Positions 46,981 to 58,729 of a stretch of DNA of 64,000 nt are shown in pieces. The stretch spans positions 2,322 through 66,321 of the forward strand of contig JAGSYV010000037.1 of NCBI GenBank assembly GCA_018262505.1, read 5' to 3'. A model generated the notes under the pieces. It worked only from the letters and a program-made list of their open reading frames with translations, had not been told where the DNA came from and made no database searches. This DNA is from Pseudomonadota bacterium (GTDB lineage: Bacteria > Pseudomonadota > Alphaproteobacteria > Rhizobiales > Pleomorphomonadaceae). Both the position numbers and the translations under genes were made by a program. Each line of letters opens with the position of its first letter. Within the stretch, counting starts at the first letter, position 1.

Positions 46981-48032
46981 TGGGCAATGTTCTCGCCTTC
47001 CTGACGCGCCGTCGCGGCGGCGACCGCTGGCACTGGACCGACGTCGTCACCTGGGTCTGGCTGATCGGCGGCCTTCTGGTGATGTTCGGCCCGGCGGTCT
47101 GGCTGGTTCTGTCGTCCTTCAAGACGCCGGCAGCGCTCGCCGAGTTCCCGCCGACGCTGATGCCCTATGTGATCGAGGAGGTGAGCGTTGCCGGCTACGA
47201 TCACCCGCTGCCTCTCTACGAGGTTCGGCAGGCGGACGGGCGAACCGTCGTTCTCGCCGAGGTCAGGCGCATCGGCATCATCGCCCAGATGGTCGATCCC
47301 AAGGCGCCGGGGGCCATCGTCAAGGTCAACATCGCCGACCGCGCGCCGGTGGAGAAGGTCTCCTTCGCCACGTCCAACTACACCGAGCCCTTCGTGCATT
47401 TCGACTTTCTGCGCTTCCTCTGGAACTCGGTGTTCGTGACGGTGATGGCCACGGCGGTCACCTTGCTGATCAACTCGATGGCCGCCTTCGCGCTCGCCAA
47501 ATACAAGTTTCGTGGTCAGTCGCTGATCCTGATCGTCATCGTCGGTACGCTGATGGTGCCGCTCGGCGTGATCATGGTGCCGCTCTATTCGATGATCTCG
47601 GCGCTCGGTCTGTTCAACTCCCTCTGGGGCGTGATCTGGCCGACGGTGGCGACCCCGACGGGCGTGTTCCTGCTGCGCCAGTACATGCTGACCATTCCCG
47701 ACGAACTGATCGACGCGGCCCGCATGGACAAGGCGTCGGAATGGCAGATCTACTGGCGCATCGTGCTGCCGCTCGCCGCTCCGGCGCTGGCGGTACTGGC
47801 CATCTTCTCGGTGGTCTGGCGCTGGAACGACTTCCTGTGGCCGCTGATCGTGCTCAGCCAGTCGCAACTCTATACGCTGCAAGTCGGCCTCAACGTCTAC
47901 GCCGGCCAGCTCAACGTGCAATGGCACTACATCCTGGCGATGACGGTGGTCACCATGATCCCGGTGGTGCTGGTCTTCGTCTTCCTGCAGCGGTTCATCA
48001 CGCGCGGCATCGCCACATCCGGACTGAAATGA
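46977..48032 (+). CDS. Carbohydrate ABC permease
   Basis: IPDELIDAARMD and WNDFLWPLIV motifs. Confidence 0.93.
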   Translation: MMGNVLAFLTRRRGGDRWHWTDVVTWVWLIGGLLVMFGPAVWLVLSSFKTPAALAEFPPTLMPYVIEEVSVAGYDHPLPLYEVRQADGRTVVLAEVRRIGIIAQMVDPKAPGAIVKVNIADRAPVEKVSFATSNYTEPFVHFDFLRFLWNSVFVTVMATAVTLLINSMAAFALAKYKFRGQSLILIVIVGTLMVPLGVIMVPLYSMISALGLFNSLWGVIWPTVATPTGVFLLRQYMLTIPDELIDAARMDKASEWQIYWRIVLPLAAPALAVLAIFSVVWRWNDFLWPLIVLSQSQLYTLQVGLNVYAGQLNVQWHYILAMTVVTMIPVVLVFVFLQRFITRGIATSGLK

Positions 48033-48045
48033 GGGAACACGCCAA

Positions 48046-49125
<1,080 letters not shown>

Positions 49126-49163
49126 GGGCGGCGAGGCCGCCGTATATCGGTGTTATGCCTTTT

Positions 49164-49540
49164 CCTGCCCGAGGTCCTGGCCTTCGCCAGGATAACGGCG
49201 AAACGCTATGTAATTGTTTCCTATATATAAATCTGTCATCCTTGCGAAAGCGAGGACCTCGGGCAGAACAGAGCTCGACGCGGATATAGCGCTCCATCGA
49301 CGTGAGGGAGCCTGATACATCCCTCGTCACCTTCTCGTCCTGAGGTCCTCGCTTTCGCAAGGATGACAGTATTATATATATATGTATCAATAACTTGTCG
49401 GCGCGCGAGTGCCATGTCGAACCGTCTTCGGTAAGACTTCCGGATATCGGCGATCAACAGAGTTGATGGCAGATTTATATACAGAAAACAATAATGTAGG
49501 TCATCTTCCTTCGCAAAGGCGACGGATCTCAGGCAGAAAG
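49164..49540. repeat. Cluster of four alternating REP-like palindromic units
   Basis: Units at 49164-49196 (-), 49234-49268 (+), 49339-49369 (-) and 49500-49540 (+, degenerate); consensus TGTCATCC..GC-GAAR-GC..GGAYCTCRGGCAG. Confidence 0.85.
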
Positions 49541-49604
49541 AGGCGAAGAGGGGGCTATAGGGCTCGGTTACCCGAACGACGTGTTTGTCGCCTCCTATCG
49601 CCCA

Positions 49605-50063
49605 TCATTCCTCCGGCTCGCCCACTGCGCAGCCGGCCTCGCTGAGGCGGTCGCGGAGGGATAGCAGGCGCTCACGCAGTTCGGCGATCTCGCCCAATTC
49701 GGCGCCCATGGCGCAGCCGAGTTCGACCGGTATGCCCGCCGCCTTTTCCGACAACGCCCGTCCCTCGTCGGTGAGGTGGACGATCACCTGCCGCTCGTCT
49801 TCTTTGCCGCGCCGACGCATCACATAGCCGCCTGCTTCGAGGCGCTTCAGGAGCGGCGTCAGCGTGCCGGAGTCGAGCTTCAGGCGCTCGCCGATCTCCT
49901 TCACCGTCTGCCCGTCCGCCTCCCACAACACCAGCATGACCAGGTACTGCGGGTAGGTGAGGCCGAGCGGTTCGAGCAGCGGCCGATAGGCGCGGTTGAG
50001 GGCATGGGTGAAGGAGTAGGCGGCAAAGCAGAGCTGGTCGGAGAGCTTTGGGGCGCTGGTCAT
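49605..50063 (-). CDS. ohrR: Organic hydroperoxide resistance regulator OhrR (MarR family)
   Basis: [10 protein letters not shown] with redox Cys, [14 protein letters not shown] and [14 protein letters not shown]; divergent from ohr. Confidence 0.93.
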   Translation of the reverse strand: MTSAPKLSDQLCFAAYSFTHALNRAYRPLLEPLGLTYPQYLVMLVLWEADGQTVKEIGERLKLDSGTLTPLLKRLEAGGYVMRRRGKEDERQVIVHLTDEGRALSEKAAGIPVELGCAMGAELGEIAELRERLLSLRDRLSEAGCAVGEPEE

Positions 50064-50194
50064 GTCGATCCGGAGTTGGAACCTTTCGGAGACCCCGGCG
50101 TTGTCCCGCCGGGCACGGGTTCAATATACGGCGCAAGTCACATTTCCCCAGTGGAAATCGCTAGTGATCACGTGAATGTGAATTGCTCGAAATC

Positions 50195-50210
50195 AAATTG
50201 CGCGCAATTT
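50195..50210. promoter_or_regulatory. OhrR operator
   Basis: Perfect palindrome AAATTGCGCGCAATTT upstream of ohr. Confidence 0.7.
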
Positions 50211-50245
50211 ATATCGGCATCGGAAAACAAACAGGCGAGGAAGCC

Positions 50246-50668
50246 ATGAACGTTCTCTATACCGCCCATGCCCATACGATCGGCGGCCGTACCGGCCATT
50301 CGGAAACCACCGATGGCCGTCTCAAGATCGAGCTTTCGACGCCGAAGGAGCTGGGTGGTGACAGCGGTCAGGGCACCAATCCCGAGCAGTTGTTCGCGGC
50401 TGGTTACTCGGCCTGCTTCATGGGCGCCCTGAAGTTCGTGGCGTCCAAGGAAAAGGTGGCCATTCCCGCCGAAGCGTCGATCGATGCCCACATCGGCATC
50501 GGTCCGCGCGATGACGGCGCCGGCTTCGGCATCACCGCCAAGCTGGAGATCAAGGTGCCGGGCGTCGACCGCGCCGTGGTCGAGGATCTGGTCAAGAAGG
50601 CCGATATCGTCTGCCCCTATAGCCATGCGACGCGTGGCAACATCGAGAAAACGCTGGTCGTGCTCTAA
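50246..50668 (+). CDS. ohr: Organic hydroperoxide resistance protein Ohr
   Basis: [16 protein letters not shown] and [12 protein letters not shown] motifs. Confidence 0.96.
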   Translation: MNVLYTAHAHTIGGRTGHSETTDGRLKIELSTPKELGGDSGQGTNPEQLFAAGYSACFMGALKFVASKEKVAIPAEASIDAHIGIGPRDDGAGFGITAKLEIKVPGVDRAVVEDLVKKADIVCPYSHATRGNIEKTLVVL

Positions 50669-50860
50669 GGCGGGTTGCTCCTCCCCCCGTCCCGCCACTG
50701 CCGACCATCGACGCGCCGGGCGCCCCACCCGGCGCGTCGTCGTATTCGGCCCTCGATGGCCCTCCCAGCGAACTGTTCATTGAAGGCCATACGTCAGGTT
50801 GCGACCTTGATCGCTTCCAGGGGACGTCATAGGGTCTGCCGCTCATTTTGGGAGGAGACG

Positions 50861-51799
50861 ATGGCGGCTCGCTTTGCCAGCATCGGTGAATGCATGGTCG
50901 AACTGGCGCCGCAGTCCGGCGACCTCTATCGACGCGGCTTTGCCGGCGACACACTGAACACCGCCTGGTATCTCAGGGCGCTTCTCGACCGCCGGCAGTC
51001 GCTGGTGAGATATGTGACCGGCGTCGGAACCGACGCCCTGTCCGACGAGATGGTCCGCTTCATCACCGATGCCGGCATCGATACCTCGGCCATCGAGCGG
51101 ATCGCCGACCGCACCGTCGGCCTCTATCTGATCACGCTCAACGGCGCCGAGCGCTCGTTCACCTATTGGCGCAGCGAGTCCGCCGCCAAGCTCGTTGCCT
51201 CGGTCGGTGCCCGCCTCGACGCGGCGCTCGGCGATGTCGACGTGGTCTATTTTTCCGGCATTACGCTGGCCATCCTGTCGCCCGGACACCGGCGCACGCT
51301 GTTCAAGTCGCTCGCCAAGGTGCGGGCGCGCGGTGGCGCCGTGGTGTTCGATCCCAACCTCAGGCCGCGCCTCTGGCCGGACCGCCAGACCATGGCGGCG
51401 GCGATCATCGAAGGCTATCGCGCCGCGACCATTGCCCTGCCGACCTCACCCGACGATGCCGAACTCTATGGCGATGCCGATGCCCTGGGCACGGCCGACC
51501 GCATCGCGGCGCTGGGCGTGTCCGAGATCATCGTCAAGGCCGGCGCCGATCCGACGCTGGTGCGGGCCGCCGGCGTCGATACGTGGGTGGCGGCCGAGCG
51601 CGTCGATCACCCGGTGGATACCACCGGCGCCGGTGACAGCTTCAACGCCGGCTATCTCGCGGCGCGCCTTGCTGGCGGCCGGTCACCGGCCGACGCAGTG
51701 CGGCATGGCCACCTGGTCGCCTCGCGGGTGATCCAGGCGCGCGGCGCGCTGATCGACATGGATCTGGTGGCCGATCTGGCGATGGGCGCGGCTGGCTGA
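50861..51799 (+). CDS. kdgK: 2-keto-3-deoxygluconate kinase (PfkB family)
   Basis: IGECMVEL, AGDTLNTAWY, FDPNLRPRLW and DTTGAGDSFNAGY motifs. Confidence 0.88.
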   Translation: MAARFASIGECMVELAPQSGDLYRRGFAGDTLNTAWYLRALLDRRQSLVRYVTGVGTDALSDEMVRFITDAGIDTSAIERIADRTVGLYLITLNGAERSFTYWRSESAAKLVASVGARLDAALGDVDVVYFSGITLAILSPGHRRTLFKSLAKVRARGGAVVFDPNLRPRLWPDRQTMAAAIIEGYRAATIALPTSPDDAELYGDADALGTADRIAALGVSEIIVKAGADPTLVRAAGVDTWVAAERVDHPVDTTGAGDSFNAGYLAARLAGGRSPADAVRHGHLVASRVIQARGALIDMDLVADLAMGAAG

Positions 51800-52223
51800 C
51801 CGATAGGCAATTGCCCCAGAAATAGGCGGCCGTTTCCGGGCGAGCGGGGCAAGGCGGCCTTCTATCGGGGCTATGGACCGCTGCTCGGCTGGCATGCTTC
51901 CTGCTTTTACTTATTCCGAGTGGGCCGAAGGGCGCACCTTCCAAGGGAACCGGCCCGACAACAGGGCCAAACGCACCATCGCCGCCGGTCGCCGACGCTC
52001 CATCTCCCGGGCGTCACTGGCCGGCGGCGAAACCTCCAGGCAACGACGCCTGACCACGAGGTTCGTTTGGTCGGCCGAGAAAAACCTGATTGTCGATCCC
52101 AGTATTCGGGCAACGATAATCCGGTTATGGACGGAGAATGGCACGGCGGTTCTTCTGCCGGCCCTCCGTCGATGAGATACTCAGGGCAACGAGGCCCGCC
52201 AAACCCTCACCAGGAGACCTGAG

Positions 52224-53687
52224 ATGACCGAGCGCGACGCACGCGCCCCGCTCCGCACCTTTCCGGCCCGCATGCAGCCGCTGGCCCGGCTGCCGCTGTT
52301 CGTCGATCTGACGGGACGGCGCGTGGTGGTGGCAGGTGGTTCGGAGGCGGTGGCTTGGAAGGCGGAACTGTTCTCGGCGGCCGGCGGCAACGTCGAAGTG
52401 TTCGCCGAGGCGCCGGATGTCGAACTTGTTGCGGTGGCGGAGCGTGGAACGCCACCGGGACGCCTGACGCTCAACCGGCGCAGCTGGGCCGAGGCCGATC
52501 TTGCCGGCAGCGCGCTTGCCGTGCTGGACAGCGAAGAAGCTGACGAGATCGCCGCCTTCCAGGCCGCCGGTCACGCGGCCGGGGCGCTGGTCAACGTCAT
52601 CGACAAGCCCGACGCCTGCGACGTGTTGTTCGGCTCCATCGTCAACCGCTCGCCGGTGGTGATCGGCATCTCAACCGATGGCGCTGCGCCGGTGGTGGGG
52701 CAGGCGATCCGCCGCCGCATCGAGACGCTGCTGCCACCGGCCGTCGCCGCCTGGGGCGCGCTGGCCGCCCGCATCCGCGATGCCGTCACCTTACGCCTGG
52801 CGCCCGGCGCGGCGCGGCGCAATTTCTGGGAACGCTTTGCCGAGCGCGCCTTCGGGCCGGCGCCGGAGGAGGGCGACGCGGCGCGTCTCATTGCCGAGGC
52901 GGAGGGCGCACCGGGGGCGACCGAGCACACCGGCCGGGTGATCCTGGTCGGCGCCGGGCCCGGCGAGCCGGAACTGCTGACGCTGAAGGCGGTGCGGGCG
53001 CTGCAATCGGCCGACGTGGTGCTCTATGACGATCTCGTTTCGCCCGACGTGCTGGAACTCGCCCGCCGCGAGGCGCGGCGCGTTGTCGTCGGCAAGCGTG
53101 GCGGCAAGGCCTCCTGCAGACAGGAAGACATCAACGACCTGATGGTCGAGCTGGCGCGGGCCGGCGAACGCGTCGTGCGCCTGAAGGCTGGCGACCCCAT
53201 GGTGTTCGGCCGGGCCGGCGAGGAGATCGACCGCCTCACCGCCGAAGGCATCACCGTGGAGGTGGTGCCGGGCATCTCCGCCGGCATCGCGTTGGCCGCC
53301 GCGCTCGGCGCCTCGCTCACCCACCGCGACGCCGCCCATTCGCTACGCTTCGTCACCGGTCACGCCAAGAGTGGCGAGCTCGACGAGGGGCTCGACTGGA
53401 AGGGGCTCGCCGATCCCGATACGACGCTGGTGGTCTACATGGGCGGCCGCACCGCCGGACGGCTTGCCGACCGCCTGATCGCCGAGGGACTTGCGCCTGA
53501 GACGCCGGTGGCTTTTGGCTTCGCCGTCGGTCAGAAGGGGCAACGTCTCGAACGCCACCGGCTCGCCGATCTCCTGACGCTTGGTTCGGTACCCACCGAT
53601 CAGCCGCTGGTCATCGGCATCGGCAAGGTGTTCGCAGCGGGAACGTTGCCTGTCGGCGCGCCGGCCGAGGCTGTCGTCCTCTCCTGA
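52224..53687 (+). CDS. cysG: Siroheme synthase CysG
   Basis: N-terminal dehydrogenase/chelatase domain (IGISTDGAAP) plus methyltransferase VGAGPG and RLKAGDPMVFGR. Confidence 0.93.
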   Translation: MTERDARAPLRTFPARMQPLARLPLFVDLTGRRVVVAGGSEAVAWKAELFSAAGGNVEVFAEAPDVELVAVAERGTPPGRLTLNRRSWAEADLAGSALAVLDSEEADEIAAFQAAGHAAGALVNVIDKPDACDVLFGSIVNRSPVVIGISTDGAAPVVGQAIRRRIETLLPPAVAAWGALAARIRDAVTLRLAPGAARRNFWERFAERAFGPAPEEGDAARLIAEAEGAPGATEHTGRVILVGAGPGEPELLTLKAVRALQSADVVLYDDLVSPDVLELARREARRVVVGKRGGKASCRQEDINDLMVELARAGERVVRLKAGDPMVFGRAGEEIDRLTAEGITVEVVPGISAGIALAAALGASLTHRDAAHSLRFVTGHAKSGELDEGLDWKGLADPDTTLVVYMGGRTAGRLADRLIAEGLAPETPVAFGFAVGQKGQRLERHRLADLLTLGSVPTDQPLVIGIGKVFAAGTLPVGAPAEAVVLS

Positions 53688-53760
53688 GCCTGTTGTTTTT
53701 CATCGCCTTATCGCCGTCCGAAGTGTTAGGAAGCATCCGCTCTTTTTACGGACGGACGGC

Positions 53761-54807
53761 ATGGACAAGACGATTGTGACCATCCCCGGCGACATGCCGG
53801 GCCTCAGCTATTCCCTGACGGTGCTGCGCTTTGCCGGCTCCGACCCCACCGCGCCCAAGGCCTATCTGCAGGCGGCGCTGCACGGCAACGAGCTGCCGGG
53901 CGTCGCGGCGTTGCACGTGCTGATCCCCAAGCTCAAGGCGGCTGAAGCGGAAGGCCGGCTGAAAGGTTCCATCACGGTCGTTCCGTTCGCCAATCCCATC
54001 GGCCTCAACCAGTTCCAGTGGGACGACCATCAGGGCCGCTTCTTCTACGGCAGCCGCACCAACTTCAACCGCGCCTTCGCGCTGATCGATACGCCCGATC
54101 CGGCGCTCCTCGCCATATCGGATGCCGCCTCCTGCGACCGCCGGCTGAAGGCGACGCTGCAGACGCTGGCGCTCGACGCCGATCTGGTGCTGGACCTCCA
54201 CTGCGACAACGAGGGGCCGAACTATCTTTACATGCCCGCGGAGCTGTGGCCGCACAGCGCCGATCTGGCGGCGGCGCTCGACTGTGGCGCCGTGCTGACC
54301 TTCGAGGGCGGCACCGATGCCTCCTTCGATGAGGCCGCCTTCCGGCCGCATCTCTCAGCCGGCAATTTCGAATGCCGCGTGGTGGCGACGGTGGAGCTGA
54401 AGGGCATTCACGATGTTGGGCCGGAGACGGCGCAGAAGGATGGCGAGGGCCTCTATCGCTTCCTGGTGGGGCGCGGCGTGATTACCGACACGGCGGCGGC
54501 GCTGGTTGGACCGTTCACCGGCAAGGGCGTGCCGCAATCCTATGTCGAAATGGTCCGCGCGCCGGTCGGCGGCATGGCCTTTTTCCACGTGAAGCCGGGC
54601 GATGTGGTCAAGGCCGGGCAGCTGATTGCCGAGCTGATCCCGGTGCCGGGCGATGCCTCGGCCGTGGTGCCGGTGCATGCCATGGCGCCGGGCCTGGTGC
54701 TGACGCGCGTGCTCGCCCGCGCCATCCGGGTGGGCGACGACTTGGTGAAGATCGTTGGCGATAGCCGCTCGGTGACGGCGAAAGACGGCGGCGCGCTGGA
54801 GAGCTGA
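53761..54807 (+). CDS. Succinylglutamate desuccinylase/aspartoacylase (M14) family protein
   Basis: AALHGNELPG, NFNR, VLDLHCD and TVELKG motifs. Confidence 0.88.
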   Translation: MDKTIVTIPGDMPGLSYSLTVLRFAGSDPTAPKAYLQAALHGNELPGVAALHVLIPKLKAAEAEGRLKGSITVVPFANPIGLNQFQWDDHQGRFFYGSRTNFNRAFALIDTPDPALLAISDAASCDRRLKATLQTLALDADLVLDLHCDNEGPNYLYMPAELWPHSADLAAALDCGAVLTFEGGTDASFDEAAFRPHLSAGNFECRVVATVELKGIHDVGPETAQKDGEGLYRFLVGRGVITDTAAALVGPFTGKGVPQSYVEMVRAPVGGMAFFHVKPGDVVKAGQLIAELIPVPGDASAVVPVHAMAPGLVLTRVLARAIRVGDDLVKIVGDSRSVTAKDGGALES

Positions 54808-54871
54808 GCACTCAATCCATGCAAAGTGTATCATTTGCACGAATAAGCTGAATAAAAACAATTAGTTAAAC

Positions 54872-54975
54872 TGTCATGGTCCGCGAAGGCGGACCACCTC
54901 AGGCAGGAAAGGGCGCCTGATGCTGCTGTGGCGTTCCATTCTGCCTGAGGTCCCCCGCCTGCGCGGAGGATGACA
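54872..54975. repeat. Inverted pair of REP-like units
   Basis: TGTCATGGTCCGCGAAGGCGGACCACCTCAGGCAG and reverse unit CTGCCTGAGGTCCCCCGCCTGCGCGGAGGATGACA. Confidence 0.85.
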
Positions 54976-55208
54976 ACTTATACATATGATTCATAACTGG
55001 AATTCGCTCATCACGGTCTATGAGGGCGGGCCATCTCGGATGGGGGAGGGCACCTGATATCCCGTCTTGGGGTGCGAAGGTGGATCATTCCGATCGGCAG
55101 GCTGTTTCGTTCATTGCCGCCACCTTCATCGATTGATCCCTTTGATCGGCTTGCATTTGCCGGGCTTATCTGGTTAGGCCCGGTTTCCAGCCACGAGGGG
55201 ACACCGCC

Positions 55209-56081
55209 ATGGTCGCACAGATTATCGATGGCTTTGCCATCGCCGCCGAGCTTCGCCGGGATATCGCCGCCCGCGCCGCCGAGATGAAAGAGACCCATGG
55301 CGTCGTTCCCGGTCTGGCTGTGGTGCTGGTCGGCGACGATCCGGCGAGCGCCGTCTACGTGCGCAACAAGCTGAAGGCGACCGCCGAGTGCGGCCTGCGC
55401 AGCGTCGAGCACGTCCTGCCGGCCAATACGTCGGAAGCGGACCTGCTCGATCTCGTCGGCAAGCTCAACGCCGATCCGAGCGTCCATGGTATTTTGGTGC
55501 AGTTGCCGCTGCCCAAGCAGATCGATGCCGACAAGGTGCTGGGCCTGATCGACCCCGACAAGGACGTCGATGGCTTCCACCCGGTCAATGCCGGGCGCCT
55601 CTCCATCGGCCTGCCGGGCTTCGTGCCCTGTACGCCGCGCGGCGCGCAGATGCTGATCGACCGGGTGCTGCCCAACCTTGCCGGCAGGCATGCGGTGGTG
55701 ATCGGCCGCTCCAACATCGTCGGCAAGCCGATGGCTCAGCTTCTCCTTCAGAAGAACGCCACCGTCACCATCGCCCATTCCAAGACCGCCGACCTGCCGG
55801 CCCTCTGCCGCACCGCCGACGTGCTGGTGGCCGCCGTTGGCCGGCCGCAGATGGTCCGGGGCGACTGGGTGAAGCCGGGCGCCGTGGTGATCGACGTCGG
55901 CATCAATCGCATCGAGGTGGATGGCAAGGGCAAGCTGGTCGGCGACGTTGATTTCGCCTCGGCCGCTGAAATCGCCGGCTTCATCACGCCGGTGCCGAAG
56001 GGCGTGGGTCCCATGACCATCGCCTGCCTGATGCTGAACACGCTGGATTCGGCCGCCCGGAGCATCGCCGCGGTGAAGTGA
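55209..56081 (+). CDS. folD: Methylenetetrahydrofolate dehydrogenase/cyclohydrolase FolD
   Basis: [30 protein letters not shown] and [11 protein letters not shown] motifs. Confidence 0.97.
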   Translation: MVAQIIDGFAIAAELRRDIAARAAEMKETHGVVPGLAVVLVGDDPASAVYVRNKLKATAECGLRSVEHVLPANTSEADLLDLVGKLNADPSVHGILVQLPLPKQIDADKVLGLIDPDKDVDGFHPVNAGRLSIGLPGFVPCTPRGAQMLIDRVLPNLAGRHAVVIGRSNIVGKPMAQLLLQKNATVTIAHSKTADLPALCRTADVLVAAVGRPQMVRGDWVKPGAVVIDVGINRIEVDGKGKLVGDVDFASAAEIAGFITPVPKGVGPMTIACLMLNTLDSAARSIAAVK

Positions 56082-56084
56082 CCG

Positions 56085-57290
56085 TCAGCGCTCGTCGAGC
56101 CAGTCGAGAATGCCCCTGGCCGCCGCGCGGCCGGTGGCAAGGCAACCGGTGAGGAGGTAGCCGCCAGTCGGCGCCTCCCAGTCGAGCATCTCGCCGGCAA
56201 CGAAGACGCCCGGCCGTGCTTTCAGCATGAAGCGGGCGTCGATGCTGTCGAAGCGGACGCCGCCGGCCGACGAGATCGCCTCCTCGATCGGCCGGATGCG
56301 GGCAAGCGGGATCGGTAGCGCCTTCAGGCGAGCGGCGAGCTTTGCCGGATCGCGCCGCTCTTCTTCCGACGAAAAGAGCCTGACGAGCGTTGCCTTGACG
56401 CCGTCGAGACCGGCGCTCTTCCGAAGGCGGTTGCTGAACGACGCCTTGGCGTCCTGCCGGGCAAGATCGCGGGCGAGCCGGTCGGCACTGCGGCCGGGCG
56501 CCAGGTCCATGATGAAATCCGCCTTGCCATCACGCTCGAGCCGATCGCGCAGCGCAGCCGAATGGGCGTAGACGAGGCTGCCCTCGATGCCATGGCGCGA
56601 GATGACGAACTCCCCGGCGGTCGTCCCTGCGTCGGAGGTGGCGGTCACCGATTTCACCGGCGTGCCGGCGAAACGCTCGATGAAAAGCGCGTCCCAAGCG
56701 ACATCGAAGCCGGCGTTGGCGGGCCTGAGATCGGCGATGTCGACGCCGATCGCCCTGAAGGGCTCAACCCAGGCGGCATTCGAACCGAGGCGTGGCCAGG
56801 AGGCACCGCCCATCGTGAACAGGCTCGCGTCCTCTACAACTTCAAGTGGTCCATCCGGCGTTTCGCAGATCAGGCTTTTTCCTGAGAAACCGATCCAGCG
56901 GTGGCGCGTTTTCACGGTGACGCCGAGGCCGGCAAGCCGCCTTAACCAGGCGCGCAACAGTGGCGACGCCTTCATTGCCTTGGGAAACACCCGGCCGGAC
57001 GATCCGACGAAGCAATCGGCGCCGAGCCCGTTGGCCCAAGTGATGAGATCGTCGGGGCGAAAGGCGTCGAGAGCGGCGTTGAGTGCCGGCGACAGAGGAT
57101 GATAGCGCGTTATAAAGCGCTGATAAGGTTCGGAATGGGTAAGGTTGAGGCCGCTTTTGCCAGCCAGGAGCAACTTTCGTGCAAGGCTCGGCATGCCGTC
57201 ATGGATGGTGACCCGGCAGCCGGCCGTCGCCAGGACCTCCGCTGCCATCAGGCCGGCTGGCCCACCCCCGATGATCGCCACGTCCGCCAT
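56085..57290 (-). CDS. BaiN/HI0933-like flavoprotein (TIGR03862-like)
   Basis: IIGGGPAGLMAA, AGKSGLNLTHSE, GSSGRVFP and DWEAPTGGYLL motifs. Confidence 0.9.
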   Translation of the reverse strand: MADVAIIGGGPAGLMAAEVLATAGCRVTIHDGMPSLARKLLLAGKSGLNLTHSEPYQRFITRYHPLSPALNAALDAFRPDDLITWANGLGADCFVGSSGRVFPKAMKASPLLRAWLRRLAGLGVTVKTRHRWIGFSGKSLICETPDGPLEVVEDASLFTMGGASWPRLGSNAAWVEPFRAIGVDIADLRPANAGFDVAWDALFIERFAGTPVKSVTATSDAGTTAGEFVISRHGIEGSLVYAHSAALRDRLERDGKADFIMDLAPGRSADRLARDLARQDAKASFSNRLRKSAGLDGVKATLVRLFSSEEERRDPAKLAARLKALPIPLARIRPIEEAISSAGGVRFDSIDARFMLKARPGVFVAGEMLDWEAPTGGYLLTGCLATGRAAARGILDWLDER

Positions 57291-57493
57291 GACCGTCTCC
57301 ACTTCACCCGGAGGCGAGCATGTGCGGCGACAGGCCTGTCGGCGCAAGGAAAATCTGTGGGCGCGTGCCACGCAACTGGGCAACTGCTCGATAGACATGC
57401 TTTGGAATGCGCGATACGCACTTTGAAAAATGTGACCGTTAAAGTAGAATATATGCGTATAATCGCTGAGGCGGTTGGCGAGGGGCTATAGGA

Positions 57494-58312
57494 TTGGATG
57501 AGGCGAGGGCTGTCTTTATCGAGGGCGCGAGTGCTCTCTATCGAAACGCAGGTCTCCTGAACAAGGCGCTCTGCACCCTGCCGCGCCACGTGATTTTCAG
57601 TTGCGCGGCGCGTGTCCACGCCCAACATGTCTTCGACCCATCGGCGCCGGCGCTGACGCTGACGCGCCTGCAGAAAATGACGGCCGACTTTGGCGGCGGC
57701 ATCAGCGCGGGCCGCGTGGCGGCCCAGGTGTCGCTCTTGCGCAAGCTTGGCCTTCTTGAGACGCACCCGGCCGACGACCGCCGCCAGCGCATCCTCGTGC
57801 CGACGCAAAAGATGGTGATCGAAGATCACCGCTGGCTGGTGTCCCGGCTCGACCCGCTGGGGCCGCTGGGCCTGTTCCATCTGACCGAGGAGGAGCGCAC
57901 GACCCCGGAATTCTCGCTGGCCTTCCGCATGGCTTGGACGACGACCGCCGCAGACATGACGGCCTTCAACGGGCGCCATCCGACCGTGGCTTTCTTCTTC
58001 ATGCGCGACGGCGGTTATTCCATGCTGCTGGAATTGCTGCGGGAATGGCAGAGAACCGGATCGCTCCGTGTGGCGTTCGACGTGATGTCCACCGCGTCGG
58101 CCTTCTGCGTGTCGAAGAGCCAGATATGGAATCTCTTGCATGGGGCGCAGGCGCTGGGGCTGATTTCCGCCGAGGCGCCGGCCTGGCGGACGGTCAATCT
58201 CACTGAGCGGTTGCTGGCCGATTTCGACGCCTGGTTCAATGACATCATGTTGGGCTTTGCGGCCAAGGCGACGCGCGCACGCGTTTATTGGGAGGATTTC
58301 CCGCAAAAATAA
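57494..58312 (+). CDS. Hypothetical protein with two winged-HTH-like segments
   Basis: SAGRVAAQVSLLRKLGLL..DDRRQRILVPT and ASAFCVSKSQIWNLLHGAQALGLI; followed by a terminator. Confidence 0.7.
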   Translation: MDEARAVFIEGASALYRNAGLLNKALCTLPRHVIFSCAARVHAQHVFDPSAPALTLTRLQKMTADFGGGISAGRVAAQVSLLRKLGLLETHPADDRRQRILVPTQKMVIEDHRWLVSRLDPLGPLGLFHLTEEERTTPEFSLAFRMAWTTTAADMTAFNGRHPTVAFFFMRDGGYSMLLELLREWQRTGSLRVAFDVMSTASAFCVSKSQIWNLLHGAQALGLISAEAPAWRTVNLTERLLADFDAWFNDIMLGFAAKATRARVYWEDFPQK

Positions 58313-58341
58313 AAGCCGGAACAAAACTGTTCCGGCTTTTT
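58311..58341 (+). terminator. Rho-independent terminator
   Basis: AAAAGCCGGAACA-AAAC-TGTTCCGGCTTTTT. Confidence 0.85.
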
Positions 58342-58729
58342 GTCAAATATTGCATAGACTATTATTGCTCGCTCGGGGCGTCTAGCTTTACGTCATGAAA
58401 AATTGAACTAACGTGTCGTTCTTTTCTGTGTCGCTCGGCCTCAGGCGCTTCCTGAACAATTTCTTTTTATAGTTCGTAAACTTGTTCGCCTACAAATTCA
58501 TCCTGTCTTAAGAATAGCAAAAACTGCCGGTGGACTCAAAGGGTTTCGACCCCGACGAACATTATTTTTTGCATGTTTCTCCTATTAGGGGTTTTACATG
58601 TAAGCCGCCTCTGCCGATGAAGGCCCGGTTTTCCAATGGCTTGGTGCCGCTGACCGGCCCTCCCACATCTGCAGGACGAGGGCGCCAGCGGCGTTTCCTC
58701 GCCGCCGCAAATCTGTTAACGGCAAGACC

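Noticed and set aside
47170-47370. Extra soluble segment in the second sugar permease as an intein or insertion
   Set aside because: In frame, lacks intein terminal motifs, and periplasmic loop extensions are common in this permease class
49164-49540. Repeat cluster as a CRISPR array
   Set aside because: Units alternate in orientation, spacers are irregular, similar units are dispersed elsewhere, and no cas genes are present
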